DNA of 64,000 bases from a phage. The notes beneath the pieces were generated by a model. The model had not been told where the DNA came from. It ran no database searches and worked only from the letters and a program-made list of their open reading frames with translations. A program made the position numbers and the translations under genes. Positions 37,771 through 48,211 of this stretch are shown piece by piece (position 1 is the first letter of the stretch; each line of letters opens with the position of its first letter). The stretch lies in the sequence record PZ386963.1. One strand, written 5' to 3'.

Positions 37771-38628
37771 ATGTCTAAAGTTGTTAAAATGAAAGCTCCG
37801 GTAGAGAAGTACAACGGTACTGAACGTCAAACTCTGCGTTACCTGCTGAAAGATGTCTGGTTTTATTACCTGAACACTTCACCACGTCCGGGGAAAGGTA
37901 AGTCTATTGATAAAAAATTCCCAGGAAAAGATTGTAACTACAGCGTATCAATTCTGGCAGAGGACGGTAACAAACTGTTTAAAGAGTTTACTAAGTCTAA
38001 GAAAAATCCAGAAGGCTGGGATAAAGTTACTACTGAAGCAGTTGATGCAGATGACTTCGAAGAGAAGTTTGGTTGTAAACCACCTTTTGAAGCAGATACT
38101 TACTACATCTTGAAAGTAAGTCGTGCAGCAGCTTATAAAGATGGTGCTGTATGGACAGCTAAACAGTCATTCCCTGTAATGCTGATTGAAGAAGTAAATG
38201 GTAAGCGTGTAGCTGTTAAGCAGCCGATGAAGAAAATCAAAGCTCAAGCATCTGATAAACATGAAGATGACAAGAACTATGACGTAATTCATCCAGATAT
38301 CGCAGTTGGTAACGGTTCTTTTGGTAGTGTGATTCTTTCTACTCACTTCTACACTTTTGAGAACAATGTTCTGACAAAACCTATTCAGGAACAGTTTATC
38401 ATTGATACTCTTGTACCTTACACTGGTGGCAACGGTGCTAACGGTGAGCCTGAACTGGATGAAGATGAACTGGCTATGCTTGGTCTTGATGGTGTTGAAG
38501 ATAACGGTGAAATCACTGAAGAAGACGCAACAGACCATAAATCTTCGAATGCTTCTGATGATGGTGATGATGAAGATTTGCCAGACCCAGATGACGAAGA
38601 AGATGAAGACTTCGATACAGAAGACTAA
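37771..38628 (+). CDS. single-stranded DNA-binding protein (T7 gp2.5-like) with acidic C-terminal tail
   Basis: 285 aa; C-terminus DEDLPDPDDEEDEDFDTED; position in replication block. Confidence 0.55.
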   Translation: MSKVVKMKAPVEKYNGTERQTLRYLLKDVWFYYLNTSPRPGKGKSIDKKFPGKDCNYSVSILAEDGNKLFKEFTKSKKNPEGWDKVTTEAVDADDFEEKFGCKPPFEADTYYILKVSRAAAYKDGAVWTAKQSFPVMLIEEVNGKRVAVKQPMKKIKAQASDKHEDDKNYDVIHPDIAVGNGSFGSVILSTHFYTFENNVLTKPIQEQFIIDTLVPYTGGNGANGEPELDEDELAMLGLDGVEDNGEITEEDATDHKSSNASDDGDDEDLPDPDDEEDEDFDTED

Positions 38629-38646
38629 TCTCTAAAAGTTACTTTA

Positions 38647-38674
38647 AAGCCCTGTACTTAGTATGGGGCTTTTT
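38647..38674 (+). terminator. rho-independent terminator-like hairpin
   Basis: AAGCCC-loop-GGGCTT then TTT. Confidence 0.4.
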
Positions 38675-38690
38675 CATATGGAGAGCCATA

Positions 38691-39731
38691 ATGGAGAAGT
38701 ACACATTAACAAAACTTCCCGATTCAGTTACACATGTTTTTATTGACTCTGACAGCATTGCCTATAAAGGTGCTTGTGTAGTTGAGAAAGCAAAATATAA
38801 ATATGTCAATAAACTCACAGCAGAAGAATCTGATTCGTTTGATAATGCAAAAGATGCTGCAAGATGGTTAGCAGACCAGAGAATCCTTGTGGAAGAGCTT
38901 GGTCTGACATTTGATGAAGATGAATGGGAAAGACAGACTTGGAAAGAAGCTAAGAGTGAAAAAGAAGCTATCATGGCTACTCAACAGGTGCTTCAGGAAT
39001 GGCTTAAGGTTGTTGGTAAAAAAAGAACTTGGGTAGGTTATTTAACAGAGAAAGGTGTGCATAAACATAAAGACGTTAAAGGTCTTGAGCACCAATATCA
39101 AGGCAACCGTAAAGATGCTGTCACACCAACACACCTAGTTGCTTGTCGTGAGTATCTTCTGTCAAGACCAGAGTTCAAACTCTTAAAGGGTGGCTTCGAA
39201 GCTGATTCAATCGTAATTGCTAAAGCTGAAAAGATGGGTAAGAAAGCCGCTCTTATGAGTATTGACAAAGACCTTCGACAAGCTGAAGGGACTTATTGTA
39301 TTGATATGACTTATGAAAAATCACCACTAATTTTTATTGCTGACAATAATGTTGGTGATATCTGGGATTGTCCTATCAAATCAAAACCAAAAGCTGCAAA
39401 AACAGTTGGTGTAGGTTTTAAATTCTTGTGTTATCAGGCTGTTGCTGGAGATAATGCAGACAACTACTTCGGCCTTAAGGGTGCTGGTAAAGTAGCTGTG
39501 ATGAATGCTTTAGATGGTAAAGAGACCTATAAAGAGTGTCTTGACGCTATCTATGAACTCTATGCTAAAAAAGACTCTTATACCTATGTGTCATGGGATG
39601 GACAGACTGTTACAAAGACACCGTTAGAGTTAATGGAACAGCATTTCTGGATAGCATATCAAGAGAGAAATCCAAAAGATAATTTCTCTTTCAAGAAATA
39701 TAATTGGGAGCCGTGTATGAATGAAGATTAA
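38691..39731 (+). CDS. 5'-3' exonuclease / flap endonuclease
   Basis: FEADSIVIA..SIDKDL (EADD..DKD-like) and H3TH-like GLKGAGKVAV motifs. Confidence 0.55.
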   Translation: MEKYTLTKLPDSVTHVFIDSDSIAYKGACVVEKAKYKYVNKLTAEESDSFDNAKDAARWLADQRILVEELGLTFDEDEWERQTWKEAKSEKEAIMATQQVLQEWLKVVGKKRTWVGYLTEKGVHKHKDVKGLEHQYQGNRKDAVTPTHLVACREYLLSRPEFKLLKGGFEADSIVIAKAEKMGKKAALMSIDKDLRQAEGTYCIDMTYEKSPLIFIADNNVGDIWDCPIKSKPKAAKTVGVGFKFLCYQAVAGDNADNYFGLKGAGKVAVMNALDGKETYKECLDAIYELYAKKDSYTYVSWDGQTVTKTPLELMEQHFWIAYQERNPKDNFSFKKYNWEPCMNED

Positions 39732-40218
39732 AGGATTTGGCAATTGTCCCACCTACGGTCATTGGGTATCTTTATGTGGGGAAGTTGACCCCACTAAACA
39801 TTTTGGCTTTGTCTATTTAGTACACTGTAAGAAGACTGGACAATATTATATCGGAAAGAAACAGCTTAACAGTGTGACCAAAAGAAAAGTTGCTGGGAAG
39901 ACTCGGAAGAAGGTAGTCACTAAGGAAAGTGATTGGATGACTTACGAGACTTCTTCTGAGTATATTAAAAAAGATATTGAGAGCTTTGGAAAAGAATTTT
40001 TTGACTTTTACATTATCCAAACCTACTACACAAAAGGTGGCCTAGTTTATGGTGAAGCAAACCTTCAACATAAGTTCGATGTAATGACAAAAAGGATTGA
40101 CTCGAAGCTCAGACTCTTCTACAATGCCAATATTGCAGCAATTAAGTTTATTACTAAAGAAACTTATGAAGATGCTGAAAAAAGAATCCATAAGGTAATG
40201 AAAGCAAATTGTGCTTGA
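39721..40218 (+). CDS. GIY-YIG family nuclease
   Basis: GFVYLVHCKKTGQYYIGK matches GIY-x10-YIG spacing. Confidence 0.5.
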   Translation: MKIKGFGNCPTYGHWVSLCGEVDPTKHFGFVYLVHCKKTGQYYIGKKQLNSVTKRKVAGKTRKKVVTKESDWMTYETSSEYIKKDIESFGKEFFDFYIIQTYYTKGGLVYGEANLQHKFDVMTKRIDSKLRLFYNANIAAIKFITKETYEDAEKRIHKVMKANCA

Positions 40219-40224
40219 TAACTA

Positions 40225-40488
40225 TTGAGAGAGAATAAAATGTTTAACAAAAGTAAAGCTGTAAGTCATGTAGCAAAAGTTGACAGCAAGATTGAAGAAC
40301 TTGAGCGCATTCTTGCAAATGCTAAAGAGTCAATCATTAAAGAAGTTGAAGCTGTTGAATCTCAAATGCAGCACCTGATGCTTAAACGTCAAGAGCTACG
40401 TGAGCACCTAGAATATATTGAAACACGAGAGCTAAAGGTTAACAAATATTTTAAGGAGTCCGAATGTTTAACTCAAGAGAATCAGTAA
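40225..40488 (+). CDS. small coiled-coil protein
   Basis: 87-aa helical ORF. Confidence 0.25.
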   Translation: MRENKMFNKSKAVSHVAKVDSKIEELERILANAKESIIKEVEAVESQMQHLMLKRQELREHLEYIETRELKVNKYFKESECLTQENQ

Positions 40489-41219
40489 AAAACTGGAACC
40501 TTCGTTGTGGGAACACTCAAAAGCAACCTTACAGCAATGAGTATTGGGAATCTTTAAAATCTCAATCTCTGTGTATGCTTGAAGAAGCAAAAGAGCTTGT
40601 AAAAGCAATTGAAGAGAAAGACCCCATTGAGACACTGGATGCTCAGGCAGATTTGCAATATGTTCTTGATGGCTTGATTTATCTGTCACAACATGACCAT
40701 AACGGTGCTATGAAAGCTGTTTGCCATAATAATGACCTGAAGTACACAGATGACTATGAAGAAGCTTTAAAACGTCTTGCAGACATTGAAAAGCGTACTG
40801 GTCAAGAGTGTATTATCAGAATGTCAGTAGTTGATGGTAAAGAGTGGTATGCGATTGTTCGTGCAGCCGATGGGAAGATTATGAAGCAATCAAATATCCC
40901 TAAAGTACAGCTTGGTGAATACATTGTAGAACTTGAAAGCCAAGAACTTTTTGTGGTAGTATCTGAGACATGCGTTATCTGCAAAGGTATTGTAGGTAGC
41001 TTAAAGGATTTGGGTGTAGATGGTTTTGTAGAAGTTAATCCAATTACCTCTAAAGCAGATAAAGATTTCTGTAAAGAGAACGGACTATGGATTGCAGATA
41101 TTGTCTACTATGATGGTGAGCAGTTCCATGTAACCTCATACCCGAAACTGAATTATGATGCTAATAACCTGAAGTGCTGGTTAAAAGGGGTTGGTTATAA
41201 TGGCTTCACAGAACATTAA
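40464..41219 (+). CDS. hypothetical protein with possible MazG-like NTP pyrophosphohydrolase N-terminal domain
   Basis: LEEAKELVKAIEE..DAQADLQYVLDGL resembles the MazG EExxE..D pattern; weak. Confidence 0.3.
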   Translation: MFNSRESVKNWNLRCGNTQKQPYSNEYWESLKSQSLCMLEEAKELVKAIEEKDPIETLDAQADLQYVLDGLIYLSQHDHNGAMKAVCHNNDLKYTDDYEEALKRLADIEKRTGQECIIRMSVVDGKEWYAIVRAADGKIMKQSNIPKVQLGEYIVELESQELFVVVSETCVICKGIVGSLKDLGVDGFVEVNPITSKADKDFCKENGLWIADIVYYDGEQFHVTSYPKLNYDANNLKCWLKGVGYNGFTEH

Positions 41220-41523
41220 TAAAGAGGGTGTGGCTCAGAAGAGCCACTTCTCAAACTACAATATTTCTATGACGGTGTTTATGAATGACCCGTTACTTGA
41301 AAAGTATGGTGAGACTCCAGATACACTTCTGGATAATGAACAAGTTTTAAAAGCAGTCCTGTACAAATATGGGATTGATATTGAGAAAGAGTATTCCTTT
41401 GAAATCTGCCAACACAGGAACACTTTCGGTAAAGTTGTGATGGCTCCACTCTTTATGGGTGTAGAAAGGACTGACTATGGTTGGTTGTATCTAAAAAGAA
41501 ACTTGGAGAAATACCGTGTCTAA
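41191..41523 (+). CDS. hypothetical protein (true start probably internal)
   Basis: 110-aa ORF overlapping upstream gene. Confidence 0.25.
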   Translation: MVIMASQNINKEGVAQKSHFSNYNISMTVFMNDPLLEKYGETPDTLLDNEQVLKAVLYKYGIDIEKEYSFEICQHRNTFGKVVMAPLFMGVERTDYGWLYLKRNLEKYRV

Positions 41524-41851
41524 AGCAAAAAAGCTATCTTATGATGACATCATCTCAGGTGCTAAGTTAGGTGTTGACAGTATCGGACAAGATATCAAGC
41601 ACGGAGACACAGTTATGTACTGTGATGACCGAAGAGGCAGAAGTGCAATCTTGTTTGGAAGAATTGTTTGCAAGATGAGAGGTAATTACGTTGTTGCAGA
41701 CATGGATGTGAACGTTACACAAAAACTTGAAACAATTATGGATGCTAGCGCACCATCATGGTTCCTAAATTGTATGCACACTTCTTCAGTCACAAAAGTA
41801 AGTGATAAGTTTTACGATATGTGGCAGAATGAGCAAATTTTCAAGATTTAA
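41516..41851 (+). CDS. hypothetical protein
   Basis: 111-aa ORF. Confidence 0.3.
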   Translation: MSKAKKLSYDDIISGAKLGVDSIGQDIKHGDTVMYCDDRRGRSAILFGRIVCKMRGNYVVADMDVNVTQKLETIMDASAPSWFLNCMHTSSVTKVSDKFYDMWQNEQIFKI

Positions 41852-41856
41852 ACTAT

Positions 41857-41879
41857 GGAGCCTCTTCGGAGGCTCTTTT
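41857..41879 (+). terminator. rho-independent terminator with TTCG tetraloop
   Basis: GGAGCCTC-TTCG-GAGGCTC then TTTT. Confidence 0.6.
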
Positions 41880-41897
41880 CATCTGTAGGATTCAAAA

Positions 41898-44132
41898 ATG
41901 ATTAAGACAATTAAAAAATCAAACGGTACAGTAGTAAGCTTTGACCCAGAAAGACTGAACAAGTGGGCATCATGGGCAGATAAGCGTGGAATTATCTGGT
42001 CAGAAGTCACTATGGAAGCTATGAAACGTGTCTATGAAGGATGCACTACAAAAGAGATGCACCAAGCCATGATTGATGTTTGTGTTGATAAACAAACTCA
42101 AGAGTACTCAGACATGGCTGGACGGCTACTTTTGGGTATTATCTACAAAGAAGCCTTTGGAGGCTTTACTAAGGTTCCTACACTGATTACCTTCGTTAAA
42201 AATATGGAGAGAGCAGGACTTTGGGAGAAGATGGACTATTCACAGGAAGAGCTTGAATACCTGCAAGGTTACATCGTACACTCAAAAGATATCTCTTACG
42301 GTTATGCAGTCTTGAAACAGTTCAGAGACAAGTACGGTATCCGTGATATTAAAACTGGAAGACTTTTTGAGTCACCACAGTTTATGTTTATGGGTATGGC
42401 TATGAAAGCCTTTGAGAAGCAACCAAAGCACCGTAGACTGCAAGATGTTATCAAGCTGTACACTTACCTGTCTGACCTGAAGATTAATGCTCCTACACCT
42501 TATTTAAACGGTTTAAGAGCCACCAAGTCAGGCTATGCGTCATGCTGTTTGATTAAGGCAAATGATACTGCTGAGTCTCTCGGTATTGCTGCAAAGGTTG
42601 CTTATGATATGACCACAAAGCAAGCTGGTATTGGTATGCTGATGGAGACTCGCACTATTGGTGATGGTATCCGTCAAAATACGATTGAGCACATGGGTAA
42701 ACTACCTTATTACAAGCTTGTACGTTCATCTGTAGAGGCAAACAAACAGAAGAGCCGTGGTGGTTCAGCTAATAACTTTTACACTGCTCTAGACCCGCAG
42801 ATTGAAGATTTACTGCGTTTGAAGCACCCTACAACGGTTCCTTCTAAACGTATTAATGAGATGGACTACTCATTCGGCACAAACGATTATTTCTGGCAGT
42901 GTGTTCAGTATGACACAGATTGGTTGCTATTCTCTTACAAAGATGCACCAAAACTCTATGACATGTTCTACACAGCATCTGCTGATGAGTTTGCTATGGC
43001 AGTTGGTCACGCAGTACATTCAGGGGTTAAGCACAGACGAGTCAAGGCTCGTGAAATTGCTAAGCTGTTTATTCAGCAGCGTTATGCTACAGGTCGTGTG
43101 TATCCATTCTTCACTAACAATGCAAACACACATACACCATTTAAAGAGCCTTTGAAGATGTCAAATCTTTGTATGGAAATTGTGTTGCCAGTGTATGGTT
43201 TTGAGAAAGAGACAGACCTTTACAGAGACGATGCTGTGAAAGAGGATGGTGAGGTGGCTCTTTGCTTCCTAGCTAGTTTGGTTGCAGGGAGAATTTCAGA
43301 AGATGAATACGCTGACGTTGCTTATTATGCTCTTGCAATGGTTGACTCCGTTATTGACCTTATGGATTATCCGTATCCGTCGATGCGTAACCATGTTCAG
43401 AAGCGTCGTTCTGTTGGGATTGGCCTTACAAATGTGGCTCATTACCTTGCGAAGAACTACGTGAACTACTCTTCACGAGCAGGTAAAACGAAACTTCATG
43501 AACTTGCAGAGATGCACTCTTACTATCTGCATGAAGCTTCTCTGAGACTTGCTAAAGAGCGTGGCGTTCCAGAGTACATGAAGTTCACTAAGTATCCTGA
43601 AGGCTGGGTTCCCCCAAAGACAGCTAACAAGAAGATTGATGAAAAGCATGATGCAAAACTACGGTATGATTGGGATGACTTAGCACAACGTATCAAAGAA
43701 AATGGTGGAATCCGAAACTCTGTATTAGAAGCTTACATGCCTAATGAGAGTTCCTCACTAGCAACTAATACGACAAATGGCTTGTACCCAATTCGTGACT
43801 TTATTTTAACTAAAAAGTCTGCAACTGGTAACGTACTGTTTATTGTTCCAGATTACGAAGAGTTGAAGTATGTCTATGAGATTGCTTGGGATATTGACAC
43901 CTTTGATATGATTGATTGTTATGCAATTGTTCAAAAGTTCACTGGTCAAGCTATCTCTTCAGACTTCTATGTTGACTATGCAAAGTCTAAGAAGGTATCA
44001 TTGGCTCAAGCTCTGAAGTACATGATTTATGCCAACTCGGTAGGTATGAAAACAATGTACTACCTTAACAGTCGCATTGGTGTAGGTAAATCTGCACTGC
44101 AAGATGCTTATTGCGAGGGTTGTGGTGTTTAG
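41898..44132 (+). CDS. nrdA: ribonucleotide reductase class Ia large subunit
   Basis: 744 aa; N-terminal ATP-cone-like segment; NLCMEI motif; followed by nrdB. Confidence 0.8.
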   Translation: MIKTIKKSNGTVVSFDPERLNKWASWADKRGIIWSEVTMEAMKRVYEGCTTKEMHQAMIDVCVDKQTQEYSDMAGRLLLGIIYKEAFGGFTKVPTLITFVKNMERAGLWEKMDYSQEELEYLQGYIVHSKDISYGYAVLKQFRDKYGIRDIKTGRLFESPQFMFMGMAMKAFEKQPKHRRLQDVIKLYTYLSDLKINAPTPYLNGLRATKSGYASCCLIKANDTAESLGIAAKVAYDMTTKQAGIGMLMETRTIGDGIRQNTIEHMGKLPYYKLVRSSVEANKQKSRGGSANNFYTALDPQIEDLLRLKHPTTVPSKRINEMDYSFGTNDYFWQCVQYDTDWLLFSYKDAPKLYDMFYTASADEFAMAVGHAVHSGVKHRRVKAREIAKLFIQQRYATGRVYPFFTNNANTHTPFKEPLKMSNLCMEIVLPVYGFEKETDLYRDDAVKEDGEVALCFLASLVAGRISEDEYADVAYYALAMVDSVIDLMDYPYPSMRNHVQKRRSVGIGLTNVAHYLAKNYVNYSSRAGKTKLHELAEMHSYYLHEASLRLAKERGVPEYMKFTKYPEGWVPPKTANKKIDEKHDAKLRYDWDDLAQRIKENGGIRNSVLEAYMPNESSSLATNTTNGLYPIRDFILTKKSATGNVLFIVPDYEELKYVYEIAWDIDTFDMIDCYAIVQKFTGQAISSDFYVDYAKSKKVSLAQALKYMIYANSVGMKTMYYLNSRIGVGKSALQDAYCEGCGV

Positions 44133-44445
44133 TTTTAACAACTATGAGGGTCGTAAAAGACCCTCTAAAAATAACTTTGGAGAGACCATGAAAGATTTAA
44201 TAGAAAAACATGAGCGACCTATATACTTGCTCCACAAGCCTCGGAAAACGATGTACTATGTGAGTAGCACAGACATGATGATAAAACAAAATGATGACTC
44301 ATGGGTTGCTGGTATCTCTTACATCTCTACAGCAGATGGTAAAATCTATGCAAGACCTTATGAGATGTTTAACAAAGAAAATTGGGAAGTTTTAGACAGA
44401 AAACAAGCCTTAGAAATGATAAAGAAAGGAGAAATCACGCTATGA
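44104..44445 (+). CDS. small protein between nrdA and nrdB (start likely internal, near 44188)
   Basis: ORF overlaps nrdA end. Confidence 0.25.
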   Translation: MLIARVVVFSFNNYEGRKRPSKNNFGETMKDLIEKHERPIYLLHKPRKTMYYVSSTDMMIKQNDDSWVAGISYISTADGKIYARPYEMFNKENWEVLDRKQALEMIKKGEITL

Positions 44446-45515
44446 TTAACCAGCACCCAATCTTTTTAGGTGGTGAGAGAAAAACTTTTGACTCACTTAA
44501 CAAGCACTACCCAAAAATCTTTGAACTTTATAAACAACAAAAAGCACAAGACTGGTCAGAAGATGAGTTCCCTTTTGAACAATCACGTCTTGATTTTGAG
44601 AGTGTCCCAGCATCAATGTCAGGTGTAATGCTTGAGATTCTTAAGTGGCAATGGGAAGCAGACACTCAAGTTGCTAAGAGTTTGGCATTTGCCTTTGCAC
44701 CCTTTATCTCTGACGACATCTATGCAACTGCAATTATGAAGCAGTCTGAGATTGAAAACCTACATGCTCTTACTTACTCAGAGATTGTAAGACAATGTAT
44801 TAAAAACCCTGAAACAATCTTAGACGAGATTAACCAGAATGTTGCTGTGCAAGACCGATTAAAAACGGTGAATCGTGTTCTTGAAGAATTACTGGATGAA
44901 GGTATAAACTATCGACTGAGTTATGTGCGTGACTCACTTCTGGACAAAGACCCTTTACACTTCCATAAAGTGATTCTGAAAGGTCTATTTGCAGTGACTG
45001 CACTGGAAGGTATATCTTTTATGGCATCCTTTGCATGTACTTTTGCACTTGATGCTCAAGATAAATTTCAGGGTATTGCTCAAGCTGTGCAGAAGATTAT
45101 GCTTGATGAAATCCTTCACACTAAAATTGATATTGAAGTTTTAAAAGAAACTTTAAGGGATGATGAGTGGCAGAAAGCTTTTCAACAAATTCTTCCAGAG
45201 ATTAAAGTAATCTTAGATGAAGTAGTTGAAAGTGAAGAGAAATGGTCGTATTATATCTTCTCCGAAGGACGTGCTGTAGTTGGCTTAAATACAAAGCTTC
45301 TTCATGAGTGGGTTTATTATAATGCTGCCCCACTGTATGATATGTTTGGCATTCCCAGAGATTTTGTAGCTCCTAAAGAACCACCTTTGAAGTACATGAT
45401 TAAGAAGATGGAAATTGATAAAGAGCAGAATGCTAATCAGGAGCAACAGAACGGTGCGTACCTATTGAATACTGTTGTAGACGATTTGAATAGTGGATTT
45501 TTAGAGGTTCCTTAA
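44442..45515 (+). CDS. nrdB: ribonucleotide reductase class Ia small subunit
   Basis: Ferritin-like helical protein after nrdA; start set at ATG 44442 (AAGGAG RBS 7 nt upstream) rather than ORF-track start 44382. Confidence 0.7.
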   Translation: MINQHPIFLGGERKTFDSLNKHYPKIFELYKQQKAQDWSEDEFPFEQSRLDFESVPASMSGVMLEILKWQWEADTQVAKSLAFAFAPFISDDIYATAIMKQSEIENLHALTYSEIVRQCIKNPETILDEINQNVAVQDRLKTVNRVLEELLDEGINYRLSYVRDSLLDKDPLHFHKVILKGLFAVTALEGISFMASFACTFALDAQDKFQGIAQAVQKIMLDEILHTKIDIEVLKETLRDDEWQKAFQQILPEIKVILDEVVESEEKWSYYIFSEGRAVVGLNTKLLHEWVYYNAAPLYDMFGIPRDFVAPKEPPLKYMIKKMEIDKEQNANQEQQNGAYLLNTVVDDLNSGFLEVP

Positions 45516-45757
45516 TGACTTATGTAATTTACTCCAAAACTGGATGCCCTCAGTGTGAGACTGCAAAGAATTTCGCAAAAGTTCGTGGTATTGACCATGT
45601 TGTGAGAATGTTAGGGCAGGACTATGAACTATCAGACCTGATGGATATTGCACAGATGCCAGTTCGTCAGATGCCATTCATCATGAAAACTGATGGACAA
45701 AACCTAAAACCTGTTGGGACGCTACAGAATTTTATGGCAGAGGTGAATAATGCTTAA
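45515..45757 (+). CDS. glutaredoxin/NrdH-like redoxin
   Basis: 80 aa with CPQC active-site motif near N-terminus; adjacent to nrdB. Confidence 0.6.
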   Translation: MTYVIYSKTGCPQCETAKNFAKVRGIDHVVRMLGQDYELSDLMDIAQMPVRQMPFIMKTDGQNLKPVGTLQNFMAEVNNA

Positions 45758-45956
45758 ACGCATTTGGGAAGGTTTGGTTGTTGATGCACCAGCTATTGTG
45801 ATTGGTATGCTTATTGTTAACCTATTTACTGACTTTGAACAAGGTTCATTGTTTGGAGCCATGTTACTATGGGTTATCTTCGAGATATTAGAGATACAGT
45901 TAGGTATCACTGAAAAACTAAGAGAACTCTTTTCGAAGTTTTCTAAAAAGATTTAA
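45750..45956 (+). CDS. small membrane protein
   Basis: 68 aa with two hydrophobic segments. Confidence 0.3.
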   Translation: MLKRIWEGLVVDAPAIVIGMLIVNLFTDFEQGSLFGAMLLWVIFEILEIQLGITEKLRELFSKFSKKI

Positions 45957-45963
45957 AATGAAA

Positions 45964-45985
45964 GGGTCTCTTCGGAGACCTTTTT
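45964..45985 (+). terminator. rho-independent terminator with TTCG tetraloop
   Basis: GGTCTC-TTCG-GAGACC then TTTTT. Confidence 0.6.
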
Positions 45986-46004
45986 AGCATGTAAAGGGGC
46001 AATA

Positions 46005-48149
46005 ATGAACAAAGTACAGATTATTAAAAAGAATGGCTCACTCGAAGAACCTGATATCAAAAAAGTTTTAGCAGCAGTCACAAAGTCAGCTAATAGGGTT
46101 GGGTATAAAGAACTTCCACCAGATGTTACCCAAGCTCTTGAGTCAGCATTTATGAGGATTCTGGTAAAATCCACTAAGCAGAATAATTTACTCATTTCAG
46201 TAAATGATATTCACAGTATTGTTGAGGGTGCTTTGGCAGAAGTCAATCACGAGATTTATGAGTCTTACTCAACATATAGAAATTACCGTAAAGAAGTTGC
46301 TCAAAATTGGGATGAACTCTACCAGAAGACCAAAGATACACTCTTCTTAGGTGACAGAGAGAATGCTAACTTTGACAGCAGTTTAATTTCTACAAAAGGC
46401 TCAATTATTCGTGGTTACCTGACTAAAGAAATCTTTAAGCAGTACCATTTAACACCAGAGGAACTTGAAGCCATTGAAAAAGGGTTTATCTATATCCATG
46501 ATTTAAGAGACCTGATTTTTGGTGGTATCAACTGTTGCCTGTTTGACATTGGTAAAGTGCTGAAAGGTGGCTTTGAAATGTCTGGCATTGAATACTGTGA
46601 ACCAAAGTCTGTACTGTCAGCCTTACAGGTTATTGGTGATGTAGTTCTTTCAGCAACTGCACAGCAATTTGGTGGCTTTACTTTAGCAGAGATTGATAAG
46701 GTACTTGTACCGTATGCTAAGAAGTCTCTATGTTACCATGCTGAAAAAGCAACAGCTTATGGTATTCCTAAAGAACATTACCACAACTATGTCATGGAGC
46801 AGCTACAGATTGAATTAACTCAAGGTTTTCAGTCTCTTGAAATGAAGCTCAATACTGTGCCTTGTAGCCGTGGTGATTTTGCATTCACAACTTTGACATT
46901 CGGGTTACTTGACTCAGATATGTCTAATGAAGATAACCGACTGCAATACATGATTGCGAGCACTCTCCTAGATGTTCGTATGAATGGACAAGGTAAGAGT
47001 AAGAAGCCTGTTGTATTCCCTAAACTGGTTTATATTTATGACCAGAAGAGACACAATGAGAATATCTGTCAAGGCCACCTGTACAGTAAAGCTATTGAGT
47101 GTTGCTCTAAAGCTATGTATCCAGATTTCTTAAGTGTATCTGGACATGGTGCTGTAGCAGAGGCTTTTGAGCGTTCTGGTAAGGTAATTTCACCGATGGG
47201 TTGCAGAGCCTTCTTATCTCCATATTTTAACGAGAATGGGGAAGAGTTCTACGTTGGTCGTGCTAACATTGGTGCTGTATCTTTGAACTTACCAATGATT
47301 TACCAGTATTCTAAAGAGAATGGCTTAGATTTCTGGAAAGAGCTTGATAAGTACCTAGAAATGATTCGCAGCTTCCACAAGAAACGTTACGAAATGATTG
47401 CTAATATGCCAGCAAGTTCTAACCCTCTTGCATTCACACAAGGTGGTCTGTACAAAGGGAATAAGAAACCTACTGACAAGGTTGGCTGGGATATTGTGAA
47501 GTCCTTCACAGCTTCTTTTGGGGTTACTGCGCTTGATGAGTTATCTGTTCTTGCTGAAGGTAAACGACTTCATGAAGTTGGAAGCTGTAGTTTTGCATAT
47601 GATGTTCTGGAATATATCAACATGAAGACTGAAGAGTTTAAAAATGAAGATGGATTCTTATATGCAGTCTATGGCACTCCAGCAGAATCACTTTGTGGAA
47701 CTCAGCTAAAACAGTTCAGAGATATGTTTGGCGTTATCAAAGGCGTTTCTGACAAGGAATACTTTACAAACAGTTTCCATATGAATGTTGCAGCAGACAT
47801 TACACCATTTGAGAAGCAGGACTTAGAAGAACCCTTCTTCCATATCTGTAGAGGCGGCAGAATCCAGTATGTAAGAGTGGCTAATCCAGAAAACTTATCA
47901 GCACTTAAGAGTTGTATTACAAGAGGGATGTTGAAAGGTTTCTATCAGGGACTTAACTTTGACTTAGCAATCTGTGAACATTGTGGTAACAGACCAAAGG
48001 CTGATGTTGAAGAATGTGAGGTTTGCCATTCACATGATATCTCTGTGATTAACAGGGTATGTGGGTATCTCGGATGGACTAAGATTAAAGGTGAATCCCG
48101 AATGAATGATGCAAAAATCGCTGAGATTCGTGACAGGATTTCTATGTAA
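46005..48149 (+). CDS. nrdD: anaerobic ribonucleotide reductase (class III)
   Basis: 714 aa; C-terminal CEHCG..CEVC zinc ribbon and glycyl-radical RVCGYLG motif. Confidence 0.8.
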   Translation: MNKVQIIKKNGSLEEPDIKKVLAAVTKSANRVGYKELPPDVTQALESAFMRILVKSTKQNNLLISVNDIHSIVEGALAEVNHEIYESYSTYRNYRKEVAQNWDELYQKTKDTLFLGDRENANFDSSLISTKGSIIRGYLTKEIFKQYHLTPEELEAIEKGFIYIHDLRDLIFGGINCCLFDIGKVLKGGFEMSGIEYCEPKSVLSALQVIGDVVLSATAQQFGGFTLAEIDKVLVPYAKKSLCYHAEKATAYGIPKEHYHNYVMEQLQIELTQGFQSLEMKLNTVPCSRGDFAFTTLTFGLLDSDMSNEDNRLQYMIASTLLDVRMNGQGKSKKPVVFPKLVYIYDQKRHNENICQGHLYSKAIECCSKAMYPDFLSVSGHGAVAEAFERSGKVISPMGCRAFLSPYFNENGEEFYVGRANIGAVSLNLPMIYQYSKENGLDFWKELDKYLEMIRSFHKKRYEMIANMPASSNPLAFTQGGLYKGNKKPTDKVGWDIVKSFTASFGVTALDELSVLAEGKRLHEVGSCSFAYDVLEYINMKTEEFKNEDGFLYAVYGTPAESLCGTQLKQFRDMFGVIKGVSDKEYFTNSFHMNVAADITPFEKQDLEEPFFHICRGGRIQYVRVANPENLSALKSCITRGMLKGFYQGLNFDLAICEHCGNRPKADVEECEVCHSHDISVINRVCGYLGWTKIKGESRMNDAKIAEIRDRISM

Positions 48150-48159
48150 AACTTGACAA

Positions 48160-48200
48160 GGTGATGTGGGTCTTGATAGGCTTACATCACCTTTTTATTT
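48160..48200 (+). terminator. rho-independent terminator after nrdD
   Basis: GGTGATGT / ACATCACC 8-bp stem followed by TTTTTATTT. Confidence 0.5.
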
Positions 48201-48211
48201 GGAGTTACACT

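Noticed and set aside
44382-44441. ORF-track N-terminal extension of nrdB
   Set aside because: The internal ATG at 44442 has a canonical AAGGAG RBS and the first 20 codons overlap the upstream gene; the shorter start is preferred.
48152-48181. Promoter at the TTGACAAGG motif after nrdD
   Set aside because: No acceptable -10 hexamer at 16-18 nt spacing; the motif here is part of the terminator stem.
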